From Candidatus Omnitrophota bacterium (GTDB lineage Bacteria; Omnitrophota; Gorgyraeia; JAGLLT01), in NCBI GenBank assembly GCA_030632085.1, contig DAOVJY010000002.1:13325-77324 (forward strand): 64,000 nucleotides of DNA. Direction: 5' to 3'. Position numbers and translations under genes: made by a program. Each line of letters opens with the position of its first letter. The first letter of the stretch is position 1. The notes beneath the pieces are model-generated. The model was not told where the DNA came from. It saw nothing but the letters and a program-made list of their open reading frames with translations, and did no database searches. Of this stretch, positions 43,923 through 53,921 are shown one piece after another.

Positions 43923-45179
43923 ATGGGAAAAACTATTGCTGAGAAAATTTTAAGTAATCACGCGGAGAGGGATTTGAAGGCCGGCGATTTGGCTATATGC
44001 AAGGTTGATTTTTGTTTTGGCCAGGATGGTACAAGCGGGCTTATAATTGATTCATTTAGTGAGCTTAAAAATAGTAAAGTGGCGGAGAAAGATAATTTTT
44101 GCATGGTTATTGACCACTCGGCACCGAGTCCGAACGAAAGGGTCTCGGAAATTCATAATAAGATGCGCAGCTTTGCTCAAAAGCACAAGATTAATATGTA
44201 TGATATCGGTTGCGGCGTTTGTCATCAGGTAATTCCCGAGGGGGGCCATGTTACATGCGGCGATCTAATTGTTGGAGCTGATTCTCATACCTGTACCTAC
44301 GGAGCTTTGAACGCGTTTTCAACGGGTATGGGCTCAACTGATTTAAGCATTATTGTTGCCAGCGGTAAAACCTGGTTCAAGGTGCCCGAAACGGTTAAAA
44401 TGATGATTGACGGTGAGCTTGCCAAAGGAGTTTACTCCAAGGATATAATTTTACATATCACAGGAGATGTTAAATCCGATGGCTGCACTTATAAAGCTAT
44501 TGAATTTTCCGGAGAAACTATCAAAAACTTAAGTATGGACGCGCGCTTTACCATATCCAATATGGCTATTGAAGTAGGAGCTAAAGCGGGTATTATGGGG
44601 GCCGATGAGAAGACTTTTGACTGGCTGGAGAAGCATTGCCGGAAACCTTGTAAGCCGGTGAGAAGCGATGATGACGCGATTTATAGCCAGATAAAAGTAT
44701 ACGATGCTTCAAAGATAGTTCCGATGGTAGCTAAACCACACACAGTCGATAATACGGCTACAGTTGAAGAAGTTAGCGGCCTAAAAATTAATCAGGGTTA
44801 TATTGGCACTTGTACTAATGGCCGCCTGGAAGACTTAAGGATCGCGGTTTCCATATTAAAAAATAAAAAGGTGCATCCTGATGTAAGATTTTTGGTCGCG
44901 CCGGCATCGAATAATATATATTTGGAGGCTCTTGCCGAAGGCCTGATTTCATGCTTAATTGAGTCCGGAGCCACGATTCTACCCCCGGGTTGCGGTCCCT
45001 GCGTGGGAACCCATCAGGGGGTTCCTTCCGATGGTGAGGTGGTTATTTCAACGGCTAACAGAAATTTTAAAGGCCGCATGGGTAATCCCAAAGCCTTTAT
45101 ATATTTAGCTTCACCGGCGACTGTGGCTGTGAGTGTAATTAATGGAAAGATAACGGATCCCAGGGGTTATGTAAAATGA
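43923..45179 (+). CDS. aconitase-family hydro-lyase large subunit (archaeal-type LeuC/HacA, about 420 aa)
   Basis: 418 aa. [22 protein letters not shown] and the Fe-S Cys ligands GTCTNGR and PGCGPCVG. Confidence 0.85.
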   Translation: MGKTIAEKILSNHAERDLKAGDLAICKVDFCFGQDGTSGLIIDSFSELKNSKVAEKDNFCMVIDHSAPSPNERVSEIHNKMRSFAQKHKINMYDIGCGVCHQVIPEGGHVTCGDLIVGADSHTCTYGALNAFSTGMGSTDLSIIVASGKTWFKVPETVKMMIDGELAKGVYSKDIILHITGDVKSDGCTYKAIEFSGETIKNLSMDARFTISNMAIEVGAKAGIMGADEKTFDWLEKHCRKPCKPVRSDDDAIYSQIKVYDASKIVPMVAKPHTVDNTATVEEVSGLKINQGYIGTCTNGRLEDLRIAVSILKNKKVHPDVRFLVAPASNNIYLEALAEGLISCLIESGATILPPGCGPCVGTHQGVPSDGEVVISTANRNFKGRMGNPKAFIYLASPATVAVSVINGKITDPRGYVK

Positions 45180-45679
45180 GATTAAAAAGCCGGGCCATTA
45201 GACTCAAACAGGATAATGATGTTAATACTGATTATATAATTTCAGGCCGGTATAAATTCCAAATTCAGGATCCTAAGGAATTAGCTAAATATGTTTTTAA
45301 TGATCTGGAACCGGATTTTTTAAAAAGAACCGGCGGCAGAAGTATTATTATAGCCGGTTCTAATTTCGGCTGCGGTTCATCAAGAGAACAAGCACCTTTG
45401 GCTCTAAAATACGCGGGCATAAAAGCGATTATTGCCAAAAGTTTTGCTCGTATTTTTTATCGTAACGCTTTCAATCTGGGTATTATACTTATTGAAGCTG
45501 AGACTGACGATATTGCCGATATGGACGAACTGGAATTAGATTTAGACGCGGGTACATTAAAAAATACAACTAAAGACTTTGAAGTTAAATTTAACCCTTT
45601 ACCTGAATTTATGGAAGAGGTTATCAGAGACGGTTCAATAGTAAAGTACTTTAATAAACATGGAGGATTTCAGTTTTGA
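45176..45679 (+). CDS. aconitase-family small subunit (LeuD/HacB-like)
   Basis: 167 aa. Swivel-domain motifs [17 protein letters not shown] and [17 protein letters not shown]. Overlaps the large-subunit gene by 4 nt. Confidence 0.85.
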   Translation: MRLKSRAIRLKQDNDVNTDYIISGRYKFQIQDPKELAKYVFNDLEPDFLKRTGGRSIIIAGSNFGCGSSREQAPLALKYAGIKAIIAKSFARIFYRNAFNLGIILIEAETDDIADMDELELDLDAGTLKNTTKDFEVKFNPLPEFMEEVIRDGSIVKYFNKHGGFQF

Positions 45680-46758
45680 GTAAATATAAAATTACACTTA
45701 TACCGGGAGACGGCATAGGGCCTGAAGTCAGTGAAGCCGCTAAAAGATGTATTGACGCGACTAAAGTAGATATTGAATGGGAAATTGTTGAAGCGGGCAG
45801 CGCGGTTATTGAAAAAGAAGGAACTCCTTTGCCGGATAGTGTTATTGAGTCGATAAAGAAAAATAAAATTGCTCTAAAAGGGCCAATAGTAACCCCGGTG
45901 GGTACCGGTTTTCGTTCGGTTAATGTGGCGTTGAGACAGAGGCTTGATTTATACAGTTGTCTCAGGCCATGCAAAAGTTATGCAGGGCTTAATATACCCT
46001 ATAGTGACGTTGATTTAGTGATTGTAAGAGAAAATACGGAAGACCTCTATGCCGGTATAGAGTTTGAAGAAGGCCGGAAGGAAACTTTGGAGCTTATTGA
46101 AAAAATAGAGCAATTATCATCTAAGAAAATACTCAAAGATTCCGGTGTAAGCATAAAGCCCATTTCAGAGACGGCAACAAAGAGAATCGTAAAGTTCGCT
46201 TTTGAATATGCCCTAAAAAATAACAGAAAGAAAGTGACGGCTGTTCATAAGGCCAACATTATGAAATTTTCCGACGGTTTATTCTTAAGAGTGGCCCAAG
46301 AGGTTGCCGGGGAATATGAAGGCCGTGTGGAATTCACTGAAAATATAGTTGACAATTTATGCATGCAGCTTGTTTTGAGGCCGCATAATTTTGATGTTTT
46401 GGTTTTACCTAATCTTTACGGAGACATTATTTCCGATTTATGCGCCGGCTTAGTGGGAGGCTTAGGTTTAGCTCCGGGGGCAAATATCGGTGACGATTGT
46501 GCTGTTTTTGAGGCTACGCATGGCTCAGCTCCGAAATATACGGGTTTAAATAAAGTTAATCCTGTGGCCATGATTCTCTCCGGTGTTTTAATGCTAAAGT
46601 ATCTTAAAGAAGACGCGGCGGCAGATAAGCTTGAGAACGCGGTTAAAGAGATTATCTCTGAGGGTAAATCAGTTACTTATGACTTAAAAAAAGATAGGAA
46701 TGATCCTTCGGCTGTCGGAACCAGCCAAATGGCGGATGCGATAATTGAGAAGTTATAA
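45676..46758 (+). CDS. isocitrate/isopropylmalate dehydrogenase family NAD(P)-dependent beta-decarboxylating dehydrogenase
   Basis: 360 aa. The [13 protein letters not shown] region and the [10 protein letters not shown] motif. Confidence 0.85.
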   Translation: MSKYKITLIPGDGIGPEVSEAAKRCIDATKVDIEWEIVEAGSAVIEKEGTPLPDSVIESIKKNKIALKGPIVTPVGTGFRSVNVALRQRLDLYSCLRPCKSYAGLNIPYSDVDLVIVRENTEDLYAGIEFEEGRKETLELIEKIEQLSSKKILKDSGVSIKPISETATKRIVKFAFEYALKNNRKKVTAVHKANIMKFSDGLFLRVAQEVAGEYEGRVEFTENIVDNLCMQLVLRPHNFDVLVLPNLYGDIISDLCAGLVGGLGLAPGANIGDDCAVFEATHGSAPKYTGLNKVNPVAMILSGVLMLKYLKEDAAADKLENAVKEIISEGKSVTYDLKKDRNDPSAVGTSQMADAIIEKL

Positions 46759-47024
46759 GGCTATCAGCTGGCAGCTAAACAAGTCACAAGTCATACCCTG
46801 GTGGGCACAGGCAAGACATAAGTCACAAGTAAAAAAATAAAAACAAACAAATAAGATGCAAGAAACAAGTGCAAAGTCATACCCTGGTGGGCACAGGCAA
46901 GACATAAGTCACAAGATAAATAGCTAAGAGCCAAGAGCTTAGAGCTAAGAGCAAAAAACAAAAACAAAAGAACAAAAAGACAAAAAGCTGAAGGCTAATA
47001 GCTGAAAGCAGAGAGCTGATAATT
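46759..47024 (+). repeat. modular A/C-rich intergenic repeat locus 4 with two identical 41-nt direct repeats
   Basis: agtcataccctggtgggcacaggcaagacataagtcacaag at 46789-46829 and again at 46875-46915 (100% identical). aaatagctaagagc. caaaaacaaaagaacaaaaaga. It runs up to the mdh ATG, with no palindrome or leader module. Confidence 0.85.
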
Positions 47025-47948
47025 ATGAAAATTGGCATTATTGGAGCGGGAAATGTTGGCTCGACTTTAGCTTTTAAAATTTTAAATGATAATCTGGCTG
47101 ATGTAGCTTTAGTTGATATAAACGCTGATTTAGCCATAGGCAAAGCCCTTGATTTAAATGATGCGTCAGGCGTTTTCGGGTTAGACAAAAAAGCTGTTGG
47201 CAGTGACTCTTATCAAGTAATTGAAGACGCGGATTTGATTGTTGTTACCGCCGGCTTTCCCAGAAAACCGGGAATGAGCCGGGAAGACCTGCTTCTGAAG
47301 AACGCGGGTATAATTAAAGAGGTTATAACCAAAATAAAAAAAGTTAATTCGAAGGCTATAATTATCATGGTGACTAATCCTTTGGATGTAACAACTTACC
47401 TGGCTTATAAGGTAAGCGGTTTTGATAGAAAAAGGGTTTTTGGGATGGCTGGCGTTCTTGATTCAGCCAGGCTGGCAGTTATCCTTTCGGAAGAACTAAA
47501 AAAAGATTTAGCCGATATAAATTCAATGATTTTAGGTACTCACGGTGATTCTATGGTGCCCTTAAAAAGTAAAATTATTATTGAAGATAAAAATGTTCTG
47601 GAAATAATCGACGAACCCGCGGTTGACGCTCTCCTGGAAAAAGCCAAAACTCAGGGCGGCAGGATAGTTGCTCATCTTAAAGGCGGCAGTGCTTACTACG
47701 CTCCGGCTACGAGCGTTTATAAAATGATTGATGTAATTGTAAATGACAAAAAAGAAATTCTTCCTGTTTCGGTTTATTTAGAAGGTGAATACGGCCTTAG
47801 CGATGTTTGCCTGGGTGTGCCGGTGAGACTTTCAAAAAATGGAATAGAGGAAATAATCGAGGTTGACTTGACGCAGGCGGAAAATAACAAGCTAAAAAGC
47901 GCCAATGAGGTTATAAAATCCGGAATAGCTAAAGTTATGAATGTTTAA
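47025..47948 (+). CDS. mdh: malate dehydrogenase (LDH-like MDH family)
   Basis: 307 aa. KIGIIGAGNVGS Rossmann fold, GFPRKPGMSR, NPLDV, and the HGDSMVP catalytic His region. Confidence 0.9.
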   Translation: MKIGIIGAGNVGSTLAFKILNDNLADVALVDINADLAIGKALDLNDASGVFGLDKKAVGSDSYQVIEDADLIVVTAGFPRKPGMSREDLLLKNAGIIKEVITKIKKVNSKAIIIMVTNPLDVTTYLAYKVSGFDRKRVFGMAGVLDSARLAVILSEELKKDLADINSMILGTHGDSMVPLKSKIIIEDKNVLEIIDEPAVDALLEKAKTQGGRIVAHLKGGSAYYAPATSVYKMIDVIVNDKKEILPVSVYLEGEYGLSDVCLGVPVRLSKNGIEEIIEVDLTQAENNKLKSANEVIKSGIAKVMNV

Positions 47949-47950
47949 AA

Positions 47951-48880
47951 GTGCATATAAAAAAACATTTTTTTAATTTTATATTAAAAGCGCCGCTGAT
48001 AATCCTGGCGCTTTTATTGTCGAGTTGCCGGGGCGCAAATTATATTACTCAAAGCCAATTGCTTTTAGGTACGACGGTTTCCATTAGTGTTGGGGCTCAT
48101 GATGTTGTTTTGGCAGATAAAGCGTTGATTGCCGCTTTTGGTGAAATAAAGCGTATAGAAAATGTTATGAGCTATTTTAAAAAAGACAACTTGCTTAATA
48201 AATTGAATTCTCAAGCTTCAATTAAGCCCGTTGAAATATCAGATGAACTTTTTTATTTAATTGAAACTTGTCAGAAGTTTTCAGAATTTACCGGTGGCGC
48301 TTTTGATATAACGGCAACTTCATTAGATGAAGCTGATGGATATAAACAAATTGTTTTAGATATAGACAAAAAAACAGTATTTTTTAAAAACAAAAAGGCG
48401 CGAATAGATTTAGGAGCGGCTGCCAAAGGTTATGCCGTTGATAGAGCCATAACGGTTTTGCGTTCATACGGGTTTAATAATGCCTTAGTAAATGCCGGCG
48501 GGGATATATATGCTTCAGGTAATTATAAGGGCGGCAAATGGGCCATAGGAATAAGAAATCCTTCAAAAAAAGATAAAATAAAGGATAAAATATATTTAAC
48601 TAATATGGCTGTGGCAACTTCGGGTAATTACCTGAGAGCGCATATTATTAGAACAAAAGATAAAAATTTAAAATCAAATGTGGTATCAGCCACTGTTATA
48701 GCCTCAAGTTGTCTTGAGGCCGATATCTTGGCGACTGCTGTGTTTGTAGATCCCGATGCGGCTTTAAAAACCGCGGAAAGCCTCAAGGGTATAGAAATTT
48801 TACTTATTAAAAATATGGATCAAAAGCTTAAAGAAACAAAAACCAGCGGATTCATGAAATATAAAGTTAATAAAAGGTAA
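47951..48880 (+). CDS. apbE: FAD:protein FMN transferase (ApbE family lipoprotein)
   Basis: 309 aa. Signal/lipobox-like N-terminus (LALLLSSC), DLGAAAKGYAVD and ATSGNY motifs. Confidence 0.85.
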   Translation: MHIKKHFFNFILKAPLIILALLLSSCRGANYITQSQLLLGTTVSISVGAHDVVLADKALIAAFGEIKRIENVMSYFKKDNLLNKLNSQASIKPVEISDELFYLIETCQKFSEFTGGAFDITATSLDEADGYKQIVLDIDKKTVFFKNKKARIDLGAAAKGYAVDRAITVLRSYGFNNALVNAGGDIYASGNYKGGKWAIGIRNPSKKDKIKDKIYLTNMAVATSGNYLRAHIIRTKDKNLKSNVVSATVIASSCLEADILATAVFVDPDAALKTAESLKGIEILLIKNMDQKLKETKTSGFMKYKVNKR

Positions 48881-48882
48881 GT

Positions 48883-49263
48883 ATGTTTGAGTCATTTAAA
48901 ATTTATAAAGATAATCGGATCAATGGCCGCGTGGGAAGACTTAATCGTCAAGCCTACTGTTATTTATTATTGCCAGCTGATAAAGCCATTGACGAAAAAG
49001 CAAAAAAACGATTAAATGTAATTAGTAAGTTTACAAATTTAGGTTCCGGGTTTAAAATAGCTATGGAAGATTTAGAGATAAGAGGTGCCGGTAGTCTTTT
49101 GGGCCGGCAACAGCATGGATATATATCTTTAATAGGTTTCGATCTTTATTGCCGCCTTTTAAAAGATTCGATTAAAAAGTTAACCAAAAATGAAAATTTG
49201 AAAAATAGAGATAAACTAATTCGGACATATGTTAATTCTCCCCGCCGCGGCGGGGATCATTAA
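48883..49263 (+). pseudogene. mfd: internal fragment of transcription-repair coupling factor Mfd (helicase C-terminal region)
   Basis: 126 aa. NLGSGFKIAMEDLEIRGAGSLLGRQQHGYISLIGFDLYCRLLKDSI matches the DLGAGF-IA-DLEIRGAG-LLG-QSG-I-GF-LY-LL block of Mfd at about residues 900-960 of 1150. Both the N-terminal 900 aa and the C-terminal D7 domain are absent. Confidence 0.65.
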
Positions 49264-49275
49264 GGAGAAAACTCT
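49232..49275 (+). promoter_or_regulatory. conserved leader module copy (TTAATTCTCC, GC hairpin, GGATCATTAAGGAG) upstream of the surA-like gene
   Basis: ttaattctcc, then ccccgccgcggcgggg (49240-55), then atcattaaggag. Nearly identical in architecture to 42721-42753. Confidence 0.5.
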
Positions 49276-50232
49276 ATGAAGAAGATTGTAATACTTATAC
49301 TGTTAGGCATAGTTTTATTTTATTCCGTTTGCCTTAAGGCTGAGATTGTTGATGGTATAGTAGCGGTGGTAAATAATGAAGTAATTACCCAAACAGAGCT
49401 AAATGATATCCTGCTGCCCGTATATACCCAGTATAAATCTACCTACAGCGATGAAGAGCTTTTAAAAAAAATAGATGAAGCCAAGAAAAATATTCTTTAT
49501 CAGTTAATCGAAGATAGGCTTATTTTGCAGGAAGCTCGGAAGATAGGTATGCCGGCAACGGATGAAGAAGTTAATGAAAGGCTGCAGCAGATTAAGTCAC
49601 AGTTTGCTAATAGCGAAGAGTTTAAAAGTATCCTGGCTTCTCAGGGGTTAACTGTAGCCGATTTAAAAGAAAAATATAAAGAGCAAATCATGATCAAGAA
49701 GATGATTAATAGGGAAGTCCGTTCAAGAGTAAATGTTACTCCTATAGAAGTCGCTCTTTTTTATGAAAAAAATAAAAATGATTTTAATGTTTCGGCTCAA
49801 GCGAAAGTGATGACCATTATGATTCGTAAGAATGAAGAAAGCCCGGAAACCAATAGCGATAGTCTCAAGAAGATTAAAATGATTGAGTTTAAGATAGCGG
49901 AAGGTGAAGATTTTTCTAAATTGGCCAGAGAATATTCTCAAGATCCTTCAGCGGTAGAAGGGGGAGATATGGGATATATTAACAAGGGCCAGATGATGAA
50001 GAAAATTAATGAGGTAATTTTTAGTTTAGAACCCGGTGAAATTTCAGAAACCATAGAAACTCCCGTAGGCTATCATATTTTTAAGATTATTGAGGTTAAA
50101 GAAGCGGGCATTGAAAGTTTTGACGAAGCCAGGCCGCAGATTGAAAATTATCTTTTTCAAGAAAAAGCCAAAGAACGTTTTGATGAATGGATGAACGGTT
50201 TAAAAGAAAATGCCTATATCTCGGTTAAATAA
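49276..50232 (+). CDS. surA: periplasmic chaperone/peptidyl-prolyl isomerase, SurA-like (SurA_N plus parvulin domain)
   Basis: 318 aa. Signal peptide, N-terminal SurA-type chaperone region, parvulin PPIase domain (GDMGYINKGQM...GYHIFKI). Confidence 0.8.
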   Translation: MKKIVILILLGIVLFYSVCLKAEIVDGIVAVVNNEVITQTELNDILLPVYTQYKSTYSDEELLKKIDEAKKNILYQLIEDRLILQEARKIGMPATDEEVNERLQQIKSQFANSEEFKSILASQGLTVADLKEKYKEQIMIKKMINREVRSRVNVTPIEVALFYEKNKNDFNVSAQAKVMTIMIRKNEESPETNSDSLKKIKMIEFKIAEGEDFSKLAREYSQDPSAVEGGDMGYINKGQMMKKINEVIFSLEPGEISETIETPVGYHIFKIIEVKEAGIESFDEARPQIENYLFQEKAKERFDEWMNGLKENAYISVK

Positions 50233-51235
50233 TAAAGTTATTGCTATTACTTCGGGTGACCCGGCGGGTATCGGGCCGGAATTAATATTGAGGAGTTTAT
50301 CCTCCATTAAGGCGAGAGGAATAAAATTCATAATTATCGGTGATAAAATTGTTTTCGATAATGCCGGAAATAAATTAAAAAACAAAATTAGGCATCTGTG
50401 TAAGTATGAAACAGTTAGCAAAAGTGATTTAAAAAATCTAAGAAAAAGTGTTAATCTTTTTGATTTAAATATTATTGGCAAGAAGAAATACTTCCTTGGA
50501 AAAGCCACTAAACTTTGCGGTACAGCCGCGGCTGAATACGTTTTAGAAGCTGATCGGCTAATTAAGGAAAATCTTGTTCACGCCCTGGTAACAGCTCCCA
50601 TAAATAAAAACGCCGTAAATTTAGCCGGATACAATTGGAGGGGGCATACAGAAATTCTAGCCCGGCTTTCCGGAACTAAAAACTTCGCGATGAGTTTTAT
50701 CGCCGGGCAGTTTAAAGTTGTTCTCATGACGACGCACATACCCCTTTCTAAAGTAGCACAAAACCTAAAAAGTACGGATATATGCGAGAAGATTGAACTA
50801 ACCGAAAAATATCTTAAGAAGTATTTTAGAATAAAGAACCCTACTATTGGTGTCTGCGGGCTTAATCCGCACGCTTCAGATAACGGTCTTTTTGGAGATG
50901 AGGAGAAAATGATTATAAAGCCGGCAGTAGCCGCGGCTCGCAGGAAGAAAATAAACGTCCTGGGCCCGACTTCCGCTGAGAAACTTTTTTATGATGCCTA
51001 CAATGGAAAAATTGATGCCTTGATTGCGATGTACCATGATCAAGCCTTGATTGCTTTAAAGATGATTTTACGTGATCAGGCCGTAAATTTAACTCTGGGA
51101 TTACCTTACATAAGGACTTCCTGTTCTTCGGGTACGGCTTATGATATCGCTTCAAAATTCATCGCTAAAGAAACTACGATGACAGCGGCTATAAAATTAG
51201 CTATTGAATTGTCCGCCGCAAATAAGAAGGCATAA
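50210..51235 (+). CDS. pdxA: 4-hydroxythreonine-4-phosphate dehydrogenase
   Basis: 341 aa. ITSGDPAGIGPEL and GLNPHASDNG with HD..L metal-site motifs. Confidence 0.9.
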   Translation: MPISRLNNKVIAITSGDPAGIGPELILRSLSSIKARGIKFIIIGDKIVFDNAGNKLKNKIRHLCKYETVSKSDLKNLRKSVNLFDLNIIGKKKYFLGKATKLCGTAAAEYVLEADRLIKENLVHALVTAPINKNAVNLAGYNWRGHTEILARLSGTKNFAMSFIAGQFKVVLMTTHIPLSKVAQNLKSTDICEKIELTEKYLKKYFRIKNPTIGVCGLNPHASDNGLFGDEEKMIIKPAVAAARRKKINVLGPTSAEKLFYDAYNGKIDALIAMYHDQALIALKMILRDQAVNLTLGLPYIRTSCSSGTAYDIASKFIAKETTMTAAIKLAIELSAANKKA

Positions 51236-51236
51236 T

Positions 51237-52094
51237 ATGGCAGGTCGTAAAGCTACAGTTGATTTACTTAATGAATATAAGATTAGGCCCCGGAAATCAT
51301 TGGGCCAGAATTTTTTAATTGATGATAATATAAACAGATTTATTGTTAAAACTTTACAGCTGCAAAAGAAAGATTTGGTATTGGAAATTGGCGCCGGCTT
51401 AGGTGAGTTGGTGAATCTTATGAAAGACGAAGCCGGTTTAATTCTTGCTCTTGAAATCGACAGAGGCTTGAATGTTCTTCTGAAAGAAAGATTTGAAGCC
51501 GAGAAGACAGTCAGGGTTCTTGATAAAGATATACTTAAATGTAATTTGGACGATTTAATTAAGAAGTATAATTTTAAACAATTAATTGTCGTGGGAAATT
51601 TACCTTACTATATAAGTAGTCCTATAATTTTTCAGCTCATAAAATACCGGCAAGTAATTAAAAAAACAATTATTATGCTTCAAAAAGAGGTAGCTGAACG
51701 CCTGGTAGCCAAGGTGGGCGGAAAAGATTATGGTATATTAAGTTGTTTTTTGAATTATTATGGTGAGCAAAAAATTATTAAAAAAGTCAAAAATAGTTGT
51801 TTTTTTCCAAGACCAAAGGTGGATTCGGCAATAATTGAACTTTCTTTTTACAAGAAACCCTTGATTGAGGTGGAGAACGAGGATTTTTTTAAAAAAATTG
51901 TTAAAACGGCATTTTCCCAACGTAGAAAAACTATAACGAATACGCTTAGCCTGCTTAATAAACCGTCTTTATCTAAGCCGGAGTTATCCTCTATGCTGGA
52001 AGATATGAAAATCAACCCCGCTCACCGGCCCGAGCGGTTATCAGCCGCTGAATTTGCCCGGATAGCTAACCGGCTCTACTCAGCCTGCCTTTAA
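51237..52094 (+). CDS. rsmA: 16S rRNA (adenine1518/1519-N6)-dimethyltransferase RsmA/KsgA
   Basis: ATG at 51237 directly after the pdxA stop (the ORF-track start at 51204 is an upstream TTG). LGQNFLID, EIGAGLGEL, VVGNLPYYISSPI. Confidence 0.9.
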   Translation: MAGRKATVDLLNEYKIRPRKSLGQNFLIDDNINRFIVKTLQLQKKDLVLEIGAGLGELVNLMKDEAGLILALEIDRGLNVLLKERFEAEKTVRVLDKDILKCNLDDLIKKYNFKQLIVVGNLPYYISSPIIFQLIKYRQVIKKTIIMLQKEVAERLVAKVGGKDYGILSCFLNYYGEQKIIKKVKNSCFFPRPKVDSAIIELSFYKKPLIEVENEDFFKKIVKTAFSQRRKTITNTLSLLNKPSLSKPELSSMLEDMKINPAHRPERLSAAEFARIANRLYSACL

Positions 52095-52206
52095 AAGCTT
52101 ATTTTTACCTTCCTTAGCCTATAGAGCTTATTAAAAGCGTATAAAGTATATAGATATTGACTTTATAGAGTTAGTGTGTTATTTTACTAAAAAAAGGTTA
52201 TAAAAT

Positions 52207-52479
52207 ATGGACGTAAAATATGTTGCCGAACTTGCCAAGATTAAATTGACCCCTGAAGAAGCTGAGAAGCTTCAGCTTCAACTGGATAACATTCTATGTT
52301 TCTTTAAGGATTTGGAAAATTTAAATACTGAAAATATTGAACCGCTTAGCCATGTTTTGGATGTTAAGAATGTTTTTAGAGAAGATGTTCCCAGGGATTC
52401 GATTAGTAAGCAGGATATTCTTAATTTAGCTCCCCAAAAAGATGATGATTTCATCAAAGTACCCAAGGTAGTAGGTTAA
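52207..52479 (+). CDS. gatC: Asp/Glu-tRNA amidotransferase subunit C
   Basis: 90 aa. [14 protein letters not shown]...[15 protein letters not shown]. Confidence 0.9.
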   Translation: MDVKYVAELAKIKLTPEEAEKLQLQLDNILCFFKDLENLNTENIEPLSHVLDVKNVFREDVPRDSISKQDILNLAPQKDDDFIKVPKVVG

Positions 52480-53921
52480 TGGAACTTTATAAACTATCAA
52501 CTGTAGAACTTTCCGAGAAGTTAAAAAATAAAGAGATTGATTCCGCTGTTTTATATACTCGTCTTGTTGAGCGTATAAAGAGTGTTGAAGGTAAAATGAA
52601 CGCCTTCGCGCGCTATTATGAAAAACCCTGCCATTTAATAAAAAATAAAGATAATTACGCGGTTAATAAAGGACTTTACGGCTTGCCTGTAGCTATTAAA
52701 GATAATATTTGCATTAAAGGTAAAGAAACCACTTGTTCTTCAAAAATATTACAGGGCTTTAAAGCACCTTATGATGCTACAGTTATATCCAGGCTTAAAG
52801 GCGCCGGGGCGAGTTTTATTGGCCAGACCAATATGGATGAATTTGCTTTTGGTTCTTCAACGGAAACTTCTTTTTATGGGCCAACCCATAATCCTTGGGA
52901 TTTAGAAAGAGTTCCCGGAGGTTCCAGCGGCGGCTCCGCGGCCGCGGTGGCTGCCGATGAGGCAATAGTTGCCTTGGGCTCTGATACGGGCGGTTCCATC
53001 AGGCAACCGGCTGCCATGTGCGGTATTGTAGGTTTAAAACCCACTTATGGACGCGTTTCCCGATACGGACTTATCGCCTTCGCATCCAGCCTGGATCAGA
53101 TAGGAACTTTAAGTAAAACGGTAGAAGATGCCGCTCTTATTATGAATATTATTTCAGGTAAAGATGAACTTGATTCTACAAGTTGTGACGTAGAAGTGCC
53201 TGATTTCTTAGAAGTTATAAAAGGTGATATTAAAGGCCTTAAAGCGGGTATTCCTAAAGAGTATTTTATTGAAGGCTTGGATGATGAAGTTAAAACGATA
53301 GTTAAAGAAGCTATCGAGACTCTTAAAAAACTGGGCGTGGAAGTTGAGGAAATTTCATTGCCTCACACTAAATACGCGGTTAGTACATATTATCTGATTG
53401 CTCCGGCGGAAGCCAGCTCTAACTTAGCGCGTTTTGACGGTGTGCAGTACGGTATCAGGCAGAGCGCTTCTGACTTGGCGGATATGTATAAAAATACGAG
53501 AGCCGAAGGTTTTGGTCAGGAGGCTATAAGAAGAATAATTCTGGGAACATATTCCTTGAGTAGCGGATATTATGAGGCTTATTATCTTAAAGCACTCAAA
53601 GCTCGAGCGGTTATAGCCAATGATTTTAAGGAAGCTTTTAAGAAAGTTGATTTCATCTTAACTCCGACTGCTCCTACGACCGCTTTTAAGATAAATGAGA
53701 AAATTAATGATTCGCTTCAGATGTATTTGTCTGATATTTATACGATACCGGTTAATTTAGCCGGCATTCCGGCTATGTCGGTTCCTTGCGGATTTGATTC
53801 AAAGAAATTGCCGGTCGGCTTGCAGATAATAACTAAAGCCTTTGATGAAGCAACCATATTTAAAGTAGCCTATAGTTATCAGCAAAATACTTTATGGCAT
53901 AAAGAAAAACCCAAATTATGA
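52479..53921 (+). CDS. gatA: Asp/Glu-tRNA amidotransferase subunit A (amidase)
   Basis: 480 aa. Amidase signature [13 protein letters not shown]...[12 protein letters not shown]. Confidence 0.95.
   Translation: MELYKLSTVELSEKLKNKEIDSAVLYTRLVERIKSVEGKMNAFARYYEKPCHLIKNKDNYAVNKGLYGLPVAIKDNICIKGKETTCSSKILQGFKAPYDATVISRLKGAGASFIGQTNMDEFAFGSSTETSFYGPTHNPWDLERVPGGSSGGSAAAVAADEAIVALGSDTGGSIRQPAAMCGIVGLKPTYGRVSRYGLIAFASSLDQIGTLSKTVEDAALIMNIISGKDELDSTSCDVEVPDFLEVIKGDIKGLKAGIPKEYFIEGLDDEVKTIVKEAIETLKKLGVEVEEISLPHTKYAVSTYYLIAPAEASSNLARFDGVQYGIRQSASDLADMYKNTRAEGFGQEAIRRIILGTYSLSSGYYEAYYLKALKARAVIANDFKEAFKKVDFILTPTAPTTAFKINEKINDSLQMYLSDIYTIPVNLAGIPAMSVPCGFDSKKLPVGLQIITKAFDEATIFKVAYSYQQNTLWHKEKPKL

Noticed and set aside
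39232-47024. CRISPR array interpretation of the repeated 27-41-nt units
   Set aside because: The units are not regularly spaced with unique spacers (2-4 copies, variable and partly shared intervening modules) and there are no cas genes, so they are more consistent with REP/MITE-like or UTR elements.
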